Source: Opitutales bacterium
GTDB taxonomy: Bacteria; Verrucomicrobiota; Verrucomicrobiia; Opitutales; UBA953
DNA: 64,000 nt
Direction of reading: 5' to 3'
Assembly: GCA_040398005.1 (NCBI GenBank)
Contig: JBBAUX010000002.1
Location: 1-64,000, forward strand
A program made the position numbers and the translations under genes. Shown here one piece after another: positions 20,452 through 30,559 of this stretch. The first letter of the stretch is position 1. Each line of letters opens with the position of its first letter. The notes under the pieces were generated by a model. The model was not told the origin of the DNA. It did no database searches and worked only from the letters and a program-made list of their open reading frames with translations.

Positions 20452-21105
20452 TTATTCAAAAGAGGGAATAATCCCATCTTTTTCCAGCTTCAGGAATAAC
20501 TCGCGACTGAACCAAGCGTCATTGGCTGCGTATTTAATTTGTTCTTTGGAGAGTTCACGTTCCCAGTGGCTGGTCTGAATTTTCTTAGACTTCTTCATTT
20601 GAAATCCTAAGTAGTGAGCCGCGAGTGCACGTAAGCCGGTATTTTCAACGCCTGCTTTTTTGGTGAAGTCCGCGATGTCGATAAAGCCTGGAGCATCAAA
20701 AGGCGCACGCGTTTGTAAGTGACGAACGTCATCACGAACCGCTACACCCACCTTGGCTTTGCGAGGGTGACACAAAAGAGGGAAGGTCAGGGGGACTCCG
20801 CCGCAGACATCGAGTCGGAAGACAAATATCCGATCCTCCCCGGCGAGTTGAAGAACGGAAGGAAGATAGGTGATGCCTCGGGTGTGAGAAGGTCGGGTCT
20901 CGGTATCAAAACCCAGCACGCGCTCTTTGTAGAGGAACTGGATCGCCCGTTCGGCATCTCGTTCGTTCTCAATCAATTCAATCGGACCATCCCATTGTCT
21001 GACCGGTAAAGTCTCGATAAATTCCTTTTCCACGCGATGCCCACCGCGTTGGGCAGGGGGGAGGGCATTTTCTGCTTCTTCTGGACTATCGTCGGATTCT
21101 TCCAC
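20452..21105 (-). CDS. DEDD 3'-5' exonuclease (RNase D/WRN-like)
   Basis: GFDTET (ExoI), RDD, YAANDA (ExoIII); start uncertain (GTG 21105 chosen). Confidence 0.85.
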   Translation of the reverse strand: MEESDDSPEEAENALPPAQRGGHRVEKEFIETLPVRQWDGPIELIENERDAERAIQFLYKERVLGFDTETRPSHTRGITYLPSVLQLAGEDRIFVFRLDVCGGVPLTFPLLCHPRKAKVGVAVRDDVRHLQTRAPFDAPGFIDIADFTKKAGVENTGLRALAAHYLGFQMKKSKKIQTSHWERELSKEQIKYAANDAWFSRELFLKLEKDGIIPSFE

Positions 21106-21216
21106 GATTATTGAAGGAAAGGTCTGTGAGTATCTTGGCAACCCGAGATTGTCGCTAGCGGGAAAATAGCGTTGACCGTGCAAGCGGGCGGAGGTTTGTT
21201 TAAGGCTTCAATTAAT

Positions 21217-21292
<76 letters not shown>

Positions 21293-21300
21293 CTTTCACG

Positions 21301-21333
21301 ACTGACCTTCTTAACCGAGGGTCGGTCTTGTTT
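21301..21333 (+). terminator. Hairpin terminator after tRNA-Ala
   Basis: ACTGACCTTC-TTAACC-GAGGGTCGGT then CTTGTTT. Confidence 0.55.
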
Positions 21334-21354
21334 ATTATCGCTGAACGATAAAAC

Positions 21355-21381
21355 AAAAAAGCCGCAGACACTGCGGCTTTT
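21355..21381 (-). terminator. Intrinsic terminator for KS-ACP operon
   Basis: AAAAAAGCCGCAG-ACA-CTGCGGCTTTT. Confidence 0.75.
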
Positions 21382-21403
21382 CAGTGTGTTTAACTCCGCT
21401 AGA

Positions 21404-21664
21404 TTATTTAGCAGTTTTGGCGATAAACTTAGGCAGTAAGTATTCCGCACAAGAATCTAAAGAGGCGAGTTGAACGTAATCAGCCTCAGGTACTTCGATG
21501 CCATGCTTTTTGCGAAGTTCCATAACGATATCGAGGAAGTCCATCGAATCGAGTGAGAGTTGATCGCGCAGACGTACTTCGGATTTAACCGTACTCAAAT
21601 CCTCATCGGGGGCGATGTCGGCAATGATGTCTAAGACGACCTTTTTAATGTATTCCTTTGTCAT
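21404..21664 (-). CDS. Acyl carrier protein (non-canonical LDSMD type)
   Basis: 86 aa acidic protein; LSLDSMDFLDIVMEL phosphopantetheine site. Confidence 0.9.
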   Translation of the reverse strand: MTKEYIKKVVLDIIADIAPDEDLSTVKSEVRLRDQLSLDSMDFLDIVMELRKKHGIEVPEADYVQLASLDSCAEYLLPKFIAKTAK

Positions 21665-21698
21665 TTGTGTAATGATTGTTTCAACCGTTCCTTACCGT

Positions 21699-22940
21699 TC
21701 ACGCAACCCCATATTTCTTAATGATGAGGGCTGAATTGATACCCAACATGCCGAAGGAATTGTTCAAAATAACGTTAATTTGAGGCACTTTTAGGGGTTT
21801 ATTCACGACTAGGCCAGGAACCGAGCACTCCGGGTCAAGCTCATCGATGTTAATCGTAGGGTGAACCCAGCCGTCATTGAACGACGGAAGGTTACCCGCC
21901 AGCTCCAGAGCACCCGCGGCGCCCATGCAGTGACCGATGAAGCTCTTTGTATTATTAATATGAGTGTCGGGGCAGTCCTTAAATACTTCTCGGATGGCGA
22001 TGCATTCTTGGATGTCGCCCATTGCCGTTGCTGTGGCGTGCGTGGAAACGATACCGATGTCTGACGCTTTTAGATGCGCCCGTTGCAATGCCATGCGCAT
22101 ACATTGGGCTTGGCGTTCAGGGTTGGGTAAGACGGCATCGGTGGCGTCGGAATTAATACACCAGCCGGCAATCTCGCCGATAATTTTGGCGCCACGTGCT
22201 AGCGCATCATCCAATCTTTCGAGTGTGTAAATGGCGCCGCCTTCCGAAATCACAATACCGTTACGGTTTTTATCAAAGGGTCGGGATGCTTTATTCGGAT
22301 CGGTGTGAGAGCCCAAGGCACCTTGATTTTTGAATCCGGCAAAAATTCCAAACGTGTGAATCGACTCGGAAACACCGCCCGCAAAGGCGAAATCTACTTC
22401 GCCCAATTGAAGCATTTGAGCCGCTTGAATGAGCCCTGCATTGCCTGCGGCACACGCTGCACCAATGGTGTAGTGAGGGCCTGTAATGCCCATGTTCATG
22501 GTCACTTCACCCGCTGGATTATTAGCGACCGTGCGCGGGTTGTGGTGGTGCGTCCAATATTTGGTGTCGTTACCAAACTGCGAAAGATTGTGAATTTCAT
22601 TTTCGGTTTCAACATTACCATGTTCGGTAATTCCGAGATAAACGCCGACGCGCGATTTATCGAAAGTCTCCCAATTAATACCGCAGTCGGCCAAAGCTTC
22701 CCGTGCACAATAAATAGAAACCGACCCCACGCGGGTCCCGTTGCGAATCTCTTTTCTCTTTTGATATTTAGTAGTGTCGAAATCGCAAACCCCGGCTGGG
22801 TGGCGACCCATGTGGCGGACGTCGATTTCCGCGATGCGCGATTTGCCAGCTAGGAGATTGGCACGGAATTCCTCAAGGCTGTTACCATTAGGTGCGGTAA
22901 GGCCAATTCCAGTGATAACGATGCGGCTCGGGGAGGGCAT
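21699..22940 (-). CDS. Beta-ketoacyl-ACP synthase (FabF/KS family)
   Basis: IVITGIG, ACAAG (Cys), STHATAT and KSFIGHCMGAAG (His), NSFGMLG. Confidence 0.92.
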   Translation of the reverse strand: MPSPSRIVITGIGLTAPNGNSLEEFRANLLAGKSRIAEIDVRHMGRHPAGVCDFDTTKYQKRKEIRNGTRVGSVSIYCAREALADCGINWETFDKSRVGVYLGITEHGNVETENEIHNLSQFGNDTKYWTHHHNPRTVANNPAGEVTMNMGITGPHYTIGAACAAGNAGLIQAAQMLQLGEVDFAFAGGVSESIHTFGIFAGFKNQGALGSHTDPNKASRPFDKNRNGIVISEGGAIYTLERLDDALARGAKIIGEIAGWCINSDATDAVLPNPERQAQCMRMALQRAHLKASDIGIVSTHATATAMGDIQECIAIREVFKDCPDTHINNTKSFIGHCMGAAGALELAGNLPSFNDGWVHPTINIDELDPECSVPGLVVNKPLKVPQINVILNNSFGMLGINSALIIKKYGVA

Positions 22941-23037
22941 TGGGTGAACTTCCATCAAGCCATTGACGGGCTTGATGTCAAACCTGCCAATGTCTTCCCC
23001 TTGCAAAGTCCGACTTCACTGTTTCTATGGTTATTCG

Positions 23038-23520
23038 ATGTCGAAACCCTTGGAGTGTTCAGTGTGTGGCGTAATTGCTACGGTTCATCTTACCCAAATC
23101 ATCCAAGGTAAGGTCAGTAAAATCCATTATTGTGAAGCCTGCGCCAACAAGGGCGGAGCGGGTGACCCTGCTTTCTTTGAACTGCAAAAGTTAGCCCAAG
23201 CTACCACCCTAAAGCCAGCAATCGTCTGCCCAGTCTGCAAATTTACCGATATCGATTTTCGACGCTTGGGCCGTCTGGGTTGTCCTTCCTGTTGGGATGT
23301 TTTTGCCGCCCCTTTGGATCAATTACTGAATTCAGTACAACACGACTCGCAACATATGGGTCGCGTTCCCGTGGGCGAACTTTCCTTTAATCAAATTCGT
23401 AAACAAATCTCGACCGCCCAGGCGGAGATGAATCACGCAATAAAATCGGAGAACTACGAAAAGGCAGCGCAGTTGCGCGACGAAATCGCAAAATTAAAAA
23501 CCCAAATTCCCACCGAATAA
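23038..23520 (+). CDS. mcsA: McsA, activator of protein-arginine kinase (Zn fingers + UVR)
   Basis: Four CxxC motifs, GRLGCPSC, C-terminal ENYEKAAQLRDEI. Confidence 0.9.
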   Translation: MSKPLECSVCGVIATVHLTQIIQGKVSKIHYCEACANKGGAGDPAFFELQKLAQATTLKPAIVCPVCKFTDIDFRRLGRLGCPSCWDVFAAPLDQLLNSVQHDSQHMGRVPVGELSFNQIRKQISTAQAEMNHAIKSENYEKAAQLRDEIAKLKTQIPTE

Positions 23521-23524
23521 TTTC

Positions 23525-24598
23525 ATGTCCGTTAAAGATATTTTATCCGCTGAAAACGAATTAACTCACCTCTTGGGCGCCCAACAGGCGGTGGTTTTGA
23601 GCACGCGTGTGCGCCTCGCTCGTAATTTACAAAATTACTCTTTTCCCGGATGGGCTAAAGAAGTTAAGCGCAAAGAAATTGCGGATAAATGTATTAAAGC
23701 TTTAACGCAGTTATCTCGATTCAAGAAGGCTCATATTTTTAAAATGAGCGAACTGACTGATCTGGAGCGCACCGTTTTAGTCGAGCGCCACTTGGTCTCG
23801 AAAGAACTCATTACCGGAAAAAGTGGAGCCGCCGTTATTAGTCGCGATCAGACTTGTTCAGTGATGGTCAACGAAGAAGACCACCTGCGTATCCAGGTTG
23901 TGAAAGCGGGTTGGCATTTACGCAGTACTTGGAATATCGCGGAGCAGTTAGACGACGCTTTAGGCTCCTCATTGGAAATCGCTTTCTCCGAAAAACTCGG
24001 CTTCTTGACCGCTTGTCCGACCAACGTAGGCACGGGTTTAAGAGTTTCAGCGATGGTGCACTTACCCGGACTTTGCTTAGCGGGACACATCGAAAAAGTT
24101 TCTCGAGCGCTCGGACAAGATGGCCTCGCCGTTCGCGGCTGGCTCGGTGAGGGCACCGAAGCTTTAGGAAATATCTTTCAAATTTCTAATCAGCAAACGC
24201 TCGGACTTTCTGAAGAGGTGATTATGAAACATCTCGGCAACTGGATTAAAAATCTAGTCGAACAAGAATGGAATGCTCGCAGAAAATTAGCCGAAGAAGA
24301 GGGCCCACGTTTTACCGATCGCCTGGCGCGTTCCTTGGCCGTTTTACGCTCCGCCCATTTACTCACCAGCGTTGAATCGATGAACATGCTTTCGCATTTA
24401 CGCATGGCGTGTGACTTGGGATACCTCCCCGAAACGAGCCGCCACGTCATTGATCGTCTCATCATTGAGGGCCAACCGGCTCACATCCAGGCTCGTCATG
24501 GGAAAGATCTTGATAGCGATGGACGTGATCGTTCTCGCGCCATCGCGGTGCACGAAGCTTTAGCTGGTTTGCCTGAGATTACCGAGCCTTCCGCTTAA
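23525..24598 (+). CDS. mcsB: Protein-arginine kinase McsB
   Basis: STRVRLARN, MVNEEDHLR, ACPTNVGTGLR, FQISNQQTLG. Confidence 0.93.
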   Translation: MSVKDILSAENELTHLLGAQQAVVLSTRVRLARNLQNYSFPGWAKEVKRKEIADKCIKALTQLSRFKKAHIFKMSELTDLERTVLVERHLVSKELITGKSGAAVISRDQTCSVMVNEEDHLRIQVVKAGWHLRSTWNIAEQLDDALGSSLEIAFSEKLGFLTACPTNVGTGLRVSAMVHLPGLCLAGHIEKVSRALGQDGLAVRGWLGEGTEALGNIFQISNQQTLGLSEEVIMKHLGNWIKNLVEQEWNARRKLAEEEGPRFTDRLARSLAVLRSAHLLTSVESMNMLSHLRMACDLGYLPETSRHVIDRLIIEGQPAHIQARHGKDLDSDGRDRSRAIAVHEALAGLPEITEPSA

Positions 24599-24957
24599 GC
24601 GTCTTTATTTTTCTTAAGGTCTTCGCGCGATAGATCATCGAGCATCGCCTGAACACGCGCTACTCCGCCCGTCACATCATCCTCCGCGAAGGATAGGTCT
24701 GGCATGCTTTTCATTTGTAAAATTCCACCGACAGTGGCTCGGAGTTCGCGACGAATTCTTTTAAAAAGATTTCGGGCTGCTTTTTTCTCAGGTACTCCAC
24801 CCGAGACCGCATAACCTACGTAAACTTGACGGAGGTCGGGCGAGACGCGGGCTCGTGTAATCGTAATTAAAGAAGCTTCGCTCCCCCAGTTTTGTCGCAG
24901 AGCGACAGAAACTTCTCGCTGCACTAATTCAGCGACACGGAGTTGGCGTTGCGACAT
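24595..24957 (-). CDS. rbfA: Ribosome-binding factor A
   Basis: RQLRVAELVQREVS, ITRARVSPDL, PDLSFAED; directly downstream of infB. Confidence 0.88.
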   Translation of the reverse strand: MSQRQLRVAELVQREVSVALRQNWGSEASLITITRARVSPDLRQVYVGYAVSGGVPEKKAARNLFKRIRRELRATVGGILQMKSMPDLSFAEDDVTGGVARVQAMLDDLSREDLKKNKDA

Positions 24958-24960
24958 GGC

Positions 24961-27384
24961 TTAAAGAGAAGGGCGAACGGAAAGAATTTCGACCGCTTCA
25001 ATCACATCACCAGGCAGGTAATCATCATAGCCGCCTAATTTAATACCGCATTCAAAGCCGGCCTTAACTTCAGAGGCATCGTCCTTGAATCGACGGAGAG
25101 TTTCAACGGGACCTTGGTGGATGATTTGACCTTTACGTAATAAGCGAGCCTTGGCGGCGCGTTTGATTAAGCCTTCGGTCACCATACAACCAGCCACTTT
25201 GTGCTCTTTTCCTTGTGCGAAAACTGCCCGAACTTCAGCTGCACCTAATTTATTTTCACGTAATTCAGGATCCAGTAATTCAGACATCGCTTCCTTAACT
25301 AGAGTGATGAGTTCGTAAATAATATCGTGAGAGAGCAAACGAACTCCCGTGCGTTTAAGCATCGGTTGAACACCGTTTTCAAGTTTGGTATCAAAGCCAA
25401 CGATAACGGATTTAGCTGCTTCAGCGAGTTGCACGTCACTCTGGGTGATTGGTCCAACGGAGCCGCCCACGATTTCTAGGCGAACTTTGTTCGACTTGAT
25501 ATCCTCCAAGCATCCTTGGAGTGCTTCGAGGGTTCCATTCACATCGGCTTTAAGCAGAACTCGCAAAATCTTTTCTTTATCTTTTTCTAAAGCGGCCATC
25601 AGACGATCGAGGTCCGACATTCCTGGACGAGCTGGGGTAGCAGGCCTGTTCGCAATATTTTCGCTGAGTTTGCGTGCGGCTTGCGCAGCTTCATCGGCGA
25701 GCTCACGTGCCTCGCGGTCATTTTTTACTGTGCGGAATTTAGTTCCTGGTGCAGGTACGGCATCCCATCCTAAAACGAGGGCAGGGGTTCCGGGAGGCGC
25801 GTTATTTAAGCGCTGACCTTGGTCATCCATTAAAGCGCGAACTTTGCACCAAGTTTCTCCGCAGACGAAGGTGTCGCCTGGTTTCAAAGTTCCTTTTTGA
25901 ACGATGACGGTAGCGGTAGGTCCGCGACCGGTCTCCATTTGTGATTCAACGATCACGCCTTGGGCCGCACATTTCGGATTTGCTTTGAGATCGAGAACTT
26001 CCGCTTGCAGTAAAATGGATTCAATGAGTTCGTTCATCCCCGTTCCTTTAAGTGCGGAAACGGCATTGGTAATGGTTTCACCACCCCAATCTTCGGGAGT
26101 GATGTTGCGTTGTTGCATCTGTTGTTTGACGCGGTCGATGTTCGCACCTTTCGCGTCTACTTTGTTAATTGCACAAACCACGGCAGTCGCATGTTTTTGC
26201 GCAAATTTTAAAGCTTCTTCCGTTTGCGGCATGAATCCGTCATCCGCGGCAACGACGAGCACAGCAACGTCGGTAACACTGGCTCCACGTTCGCGCATTT
26301 TTGCAAATGCTGCGTGACCTGGGGTATCTAAGAAAGTGACCGAGCGACCTTTATATTCAGGTTTCTCACCAAGGTATTTTACCGTGTAGGCACCGATGTG
26401 CTGCGTAATACCGCCCGCTTCACCCGATACTACATTGGTTTTTCTAAAATAATCTAAAAGGGTAGTTTTACCATGGTCAACGTGGCCAAGTACACAAACG
26501 ACTGGGGGACGGAAAACCATCGCCGCTGGATCGTCATCGGTATTCTTAACTTCTTTTTTAACCGGCTGCGCGCCTTCGCCACGGTGACGAATCTCTAAAA
26601 TGAATCCGTGTTTCTCGGCGACTTTTTTGGCGTCCATTTCGTCAACCACCGAAGTGAGGCTCACTACTTTACCTAATTCCATCAACGAGCCGATGACTTG
26701 GAACGGTTTTAAATTTAAAGCGATGGCGAAGTCGCGAACGACAATCGGCGGACGAACGGTTACGTTGCCCTTACTGCCTGGAGCAACTTGTGCAGCGGTC
26801 GATGTGGGACGTGAAACAACTGGCGTGATTGGTGGGCGCTGAAGAGGGGGAAGCGGAGCTGGACGATTAGGTTCTGAGCTCGGGGTTGATGCTACGATTT
26901 TAACTGGCGGTAAGTCGTTTCGGGGTGCAACCGGGCGCGGAGGCAGCGGTGGAGGTGTGGCCGATCTTAACGGTGGAGCAATTTTTGGTGGAGTCGATGA
27001 AGCCGCTGGCGGTGGAGTTACCTTTGCTACCGGTGGAGTTACTGGCTTAGGAGCTTCAACTTTAACTACGGGTGCAGGTTGCGGAGCTACAACTGGAGCC
27101 ACGGGCTCAACGACTGCTTTAGGTTTTTCCTCTTCCGCTTTTTTAGGAATCTTACTGAGGACGAATTCTAATAACTCTTCACGACACGGCTTAGGTAGAT
27201 TACTCGAGGCGCTCGGCTTTTTACCGTTTGAATAAATGTAATCTTTGTAATCGGGACGCGCCGCGATAAAATCATCCGTTAGCTGGAGTAAGAGTTTAAC
27301 CTCAATCCCTAATTCTTTGGCAACTTCACTAAAACGCTGAGTCGTTGCTGCTCGCTTGGATTCAGGTTTTTTCTTCTCGGTCAT
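24961..27384 (-). CDS. infB: Translation initiation factor IF-2
   Basis: GHVDHGKTT, GGITQHIGAY, DTPGH, NKVD; Pro-rich N-terminal linker. Confidence 0.97.
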   Translation of the reverse strand: MTEKKKPESKRAATTQRFSEVAKELGIEVKLLLQLTDDFIAARPDYKDYIYSNGKKPSASSNLPKPCREELLEFVLSKIPKKAEEEKPKAVVEPVAPVVAPQPAPVVKVEAPKPVTPPVAKVTPPPAASSTPPKIAPPLRSATPPPLPPRPVAPRNDLPPVKIVASTPSSEPNRPAPLPPLQRPPITPVVSRPTSTAAQVAPGSKGNVTVRPPIVVRDFAIALNLKPFQVIGSLMELGKVVSLTSVVDEMDAKKVAEKHGFILEIRHRGEGAQPVKKEVKNTDDDPAAMVFRPPVVCVLGHVDHGKTTLLDYFRKTNVVSGEAGGITQHIGAYTVKYLGEKPEYKGRSVTFLDTPGHAAFAKMRERGASVTDVAVLVVAADDGFMPQTEEALKFAQKHATAVVCAINKVDAKGANIDRVKQQMQQRNITPEDWGGETITNAVSALKGTGMNELIESILLQAEVLDLKANPKCAAQGVIVESQMETGRGPTATVIVQKGTLKPGDTFVCGETWCKVRALMDDQGQRLNNAPPGTPALVLGWDAVPAPGTKFRTVKNDREARELADEAAQAARKLSENIANRPATPARPGMSDLDRLMAALEKDKEKILRVLLKADVNGTLEALQGCLEDIKSNKVRLEIVGGSVGPITQSDVQLAEAAKSVIVGFDTKLENGVQPMLKRTGVRLLSHDIIYELITLVKEAMSELLDPELRENKLGAAEVRAVFAQGKEHKVAGCMVTEGLIKRAAKARLLRKGQIIHQGPVETLRRFKDDASEVKAGFECGIKLGGYDDYLPGDVIEAVEILSVRPSL

Positions 27385-27425
27385 AAGCTAACTGGGTGAA
27401 ATCGGTTTAAAGATTTTTTTAGATT

Positions 27426-28676
27426 TTAGTTGGAAGCTTTAGCTTTGGTGACCGCATCCAGAACGAGTTTGATTTCGTCAGGAGTTAAATCAGTGCCAGC
27501 AAAGTCTTCCGCGGTGACGCCTTCGAAGGCGCCCACGCTCTCGATGCCGAGTCCGATGAACTTAGCCACGAGCTCAGGGGAGAGTTGGAGTTGGGCAGCT
27601 AAACGCAGGGCTTTATCGCCGAGTTGTGCTTCGACGCTTTCAGCCACGTGGAGCGACTTGGTGATGTCTAAGCGCCAGCCCATTAATTTAGAGGTGAGGC
27701 GGGCGTTGCGACCTTTGCTGCCGATGGCGATACGCATATCGTCTTCATTCACTTCGAAGTGGATGAGTTTATTGCGTTCATCAATATGTACGTTTCTTGG
27801 TTTCGCTGGGCGAATTGCTTCTTCCAGCAATTGTAAGGGAGCAGCATGCCAGCGGATGATATCAATTTTTTCACCGTTAAGTTCTTTAACGATATTCCGA
27901 ACGCGTGCACCACGGGCACCGACGCACGCACCGACGGGATCCACTTTAGGATCAGTCGAATCGACGGCAATTTTTGTACGGTAACCAGGATCGCGTGCCA
28001 TCGCCGCGATTTTTACGGTTTTGTCTGCAATTTCGGCCACTTCTAATTCAAGTAAGCGACGTACGAAATTAGGATCCGCACGGGAAAGAATAAATTCGCG
28101 ACCACGTTGGGTGTCTTCGCGGATTTCTTTTAAGAGGCAGCGAATCCGATCGCCGGTTCTGAATTCTTCACCCTGACAACGCTCAGCGCGAGTGAGTACC
28201 GCTTCCGCAGAACTTAATTCAACAATGACGTTACCACGTTCGGTACGACGGACTACGCCCGTAACAATGTCACCGACTTTATCTTTATACTCTTTGAAGA
28301 CTTGGTCTTTTTCAATTTTACGGAATTTTTGATTTAATAATTGTTGAGTGGTCTTAGCAGCAATGCGTCCGAGTTCGGAAACATCGATCGGGCGGCGCAC
28401 TTCGTCGCCCACGCGAGCGTAGACGTCGAGAGTGATGGCCATGACCGGATTCATCTCACGGAGGGGGTCGGAAACGGCGTCTGTAACCATGAATACGGCG
28501 TAAGCGTCGAGCTTGCCGGTGTCGGGATTGGCCACGACCTCGATTTTTTGACCAGCGAGGTTGGATTTCTCGACGGAAGCTTTAATCGCCTCGGTGATGA
28601 ACTCGCAGGCTTCACTCTTCGGGATGTGCTTCTCTTTTTCGAGGTATTGGAGATAAGGTTTGATATCTACGCTCAT
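27426..28676 (-). CDS. nusA: Transcription termination factor NusA
   Basis: GRIAA, S1 domain, ARDPGYRTKIAV, DPVGACVGARG, AIGSKGRNARL. Confidence 0.96.
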   Translation of the reverse strand: MSVDIKPYLQYLEKEKHIPKSEACEFITEAIKASVEKSNLAGQKIEVVANPDTGKLDAYAVFMVTDAVSDPLREMNPVMAITLDVYARVGDEVRRPIDVSELGRIAAKTTQQLLNQKFRKIEKDQVFKEYKDKVGDIVTGVVRRTERGNVIVELSSAEAVLTRAERCQGEEFRTGDRIRCLLKEIREDTQRGREFILSRADPNFVRRLLELEVAEIADKTVKIAAMARDPGYRTKIAVDSTDPKVDPVGACVGARGARVRNIVKELNGEKIDIIRWHAAPLQLLEEAIRPAKPRNVHIDERNKLIHFEVNEDDMRIAIGSKGRNARLTSKLMGWRLDITKSLHVAESVEAQLGDKALRLAAQLQLSPELVAKFIGLGIESVGAFEGVTAEDFAGTDLTPDEIKLVLDAVTKAKASN

Positions 28677-28708
28677 GGATGTGGTGGTGTGTTGGAAATT
28701 TTAGGGAC

Positions 28709-28738
28709 AAAAAAAGCGGGCCCGAATGGACCCACCTC
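28709..28738 (-). promoter_or_regulatory. Terminator-like attenuator hairpin in nusA 5' leader (rimP-leader-like)
   Basis: Minus strand GAGGTGGGTCC-ATTC-GGGCCCGC-TTTTTTT between the candidate promoter and nusA ATG. Confidence 0.7.
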
Positions 28739-28763
28739 AATGAAAGGTGACTGTCTTATGTTT

Positions 28764-28792
28764 ATTATAAAGAGGGCACCCAGTGTCAAGCG
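28764..28792 (-). promoter_or_regulatory. Candidate sigma70-type promoter for nusA operon
   Basis: CGC-TTGACA (28789-28784) and TATAAT (28769-28764); spacer only 14 nt, so the register is uncertain. Confidence 0.45.
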
Positions 28793-28882
28793 ATGTTAAA
28801 TCCCCTTTTTGGTAAGTTTTCGTGGGTGGAATGGTCTAGTTCCGCTTGCCCCAAGGTTCACTTGGGTTGAACTTATCTGTCT

Positions 28883-30559
28883 ATGGCTGACGAAAAAGTA
28901 ATTTTCACGATGACGGGTGTGACCAAGCATTTTGAGAAGAAACCTGTCTTTCGCGATATTTCACTTTCTTATTTTTGGGGAGCAAAGATTGGGGTGTTGG
29001 GTTTAAACGGCTCAGGCAAATCAACCTTACTAAAAATTATGGCCGGCGAGGATAAGGAATTTGACGGAGAAATTAATCGAGTTCCCGGATACACCGTCGG
29101 CTATCTCGCGCAAGAGCCCCGCCTCGCCGAAGATAAAACCGTCGCCGAAAATGTAAAAGAAGCCGTGCTGGAGATGAAAGGTTTACTCGAAGAATACGAT
29201 GATACTTTTGTTAAGGTGTCGGAAACCGATGATGCCAAGGAGCAGGAAAAAATTCTCGCCCGCCAAGCGGAGATCCAAGCGATTCTCGATACGCGCGGCG
29301 GCTGGGATCTCGACGCTCGAATTGAGATGGCGATGGAGGCCCTTCGCTGTCCCCCTGCCGAAGCCGTCGTCTCCAGTTTGTCGGGCGGCGAAAAGAGACG
29401 CGTTGCCTTGTGCCGTTTATTATTAATGGAGCCTGATGTTTTGCTGCTCGATGAGCCGACTAATCACCTCGATGCCGATACGGTTGCCTGGCTCGAACGT
29501 CATTTAAAAAATTATAAAGGCACGGTGATTGCAATTACGCACGATCGATATTTTTTAGATAATGTGGCCGGCTGGATTTTAGAATTGGATCGTGGACGTG
29601 GCGTTCCGTGGAAGGGGAATTATTCATCCTGGCTTGAACAAAAACGTATTCGTCTCGCCACCGAAGAAAAAACTTCGAGCGCTCGTCAGCGTACGATGGA
29701 GAGAGAAAGAGAATGGGCTGGTTCGTCACCTAAGGCTCGTGTGGCTAAAAACAAAGCCCGCTTGCGATCTTACGAGCAGATGCTCACGCAAGACCAAGTA
29801 CAGATTGAAAAGAATGCCGAAATCTGGATTCCTCCTGGTCCGCGTTTAGGCGGAGCTGTCATTGATGCAAAGGGTTTAATGAAATCCTACGGCGACCGAA
29901 TTTTATTCGAAGATTTAAATTTCACTCTACCCGCTGGTGGCATTGTTGGAATTATCGGACCCAATGGCGTGGGTAAAACAACCCTCTTTCGTTTAATCAC
30001 CGGACAAGAAAAACCTGACCGCGGTACGATTACGGTGGGCGATACGGTTAAGCTAGCCCTCGTCGATCAAACACGCGATGCGTTGCCCGCTGATAAGCCT
30101 GTCTGGGAAGTTATTTCCGACGGACAAGAAATGGTACACCTCGGAAAAATTTTAGTTCCTGCTCGCGCTTACGCTGCACGTTTTGGTTTTACCGGCGATG
30201 TTCAACAAAGAAAAGTCGGCCTAATGTCTGGCGGTGAACGTAACCGTATTCACTTAGCTCGCTTAATTAAATCAGGAGGTAATGTGATTTTGCTGGATGA
30301 GCCGACCAATGATTTAGACGTCAATACCATCCGAGCCCTCGAAGATGCCCTCGAAGGTTTCGCAGGATGCGTTGTCGTGATTTCTCACGATCGCTGGTTC
30401 CTAGATCGGGTGGCCACGCACATTTTAGCCTTTGAAGACGATGGAAAAGTCGTCTGGCACGAAGGCAATTACGGCGATTACTTAGAAGATCGTCGCCGTC
30501 GTTTGGGCGTAGATTCGGACACCCCGCGTCGCCCGAAATACCGTCGCCTTACACGCTAG
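28883..30559 (+). CDS. ettA: Energy-dependent translational throttle ABC-F protein EttA
   Basis: GAKIGVLGLNGSGKST, LSGGEKRRVALC, KGNYSSWLEQK, IPPGPRLG, second ABC domain. Confidence 0.95.
   Translation: MADEKVIFTMTGVTKHFEKKPVFRDISLSYFWGAKIGVLGLNGSGKSTLLKIMAGEDKEFDGEINRVPGYTVGYLAQEPRLAEDKTVAENVKEAVLEMKGLLEEYDDTFVKVSETDDAKEQEKILARQAEIQAILDTRGGWDLDARIEMAMEALRCPPAEAVVSSLSGGEKRRVALCRLLLMEPDVLLLDEPTNHLDADTVAWLERHLKNYKGTVIAITHDRYFLDNVAGWILELDRGRGVPWKGNYSSWLEQKRIRLATEEKTSSARQRTMEREREWAGSSPKARVAKNKARLRSYEQMLTQDQVQIEKNAEIWIPPGPRLGGAVIDAKGLMKSYGDRILFEDLNFTLPAGGIVGIIGPNGVGKTTLFRLITGQEKPDRGTITVGDTVKLALVDQTRDALPADKPVWEVISDGQEMVHLGKILVPARAYAARFGFTGDVQQRKVGLMSGGERNRIHLARLIKSGGNVILLDEPTNDLDVNTIRALEDALEGFAGCVVVISHDRWFLDRVATHILAFEDDGKVVWHEGNYGDYLEDRRRRLGVDSDTPRRPKYRRLTR

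Noticed and set aside
26780..27130. Pro/Ala-rich low-complexity stretch in infB
   Set aside because: Variable disordered N-terminal linkers are normal for IF-2.
28850..28866. CCCAAG-N5-CTTGGG palindrome in the ettA promoter spacer
   Set aside because: Single 6-bp dyad with no second clear copy; could be chance.
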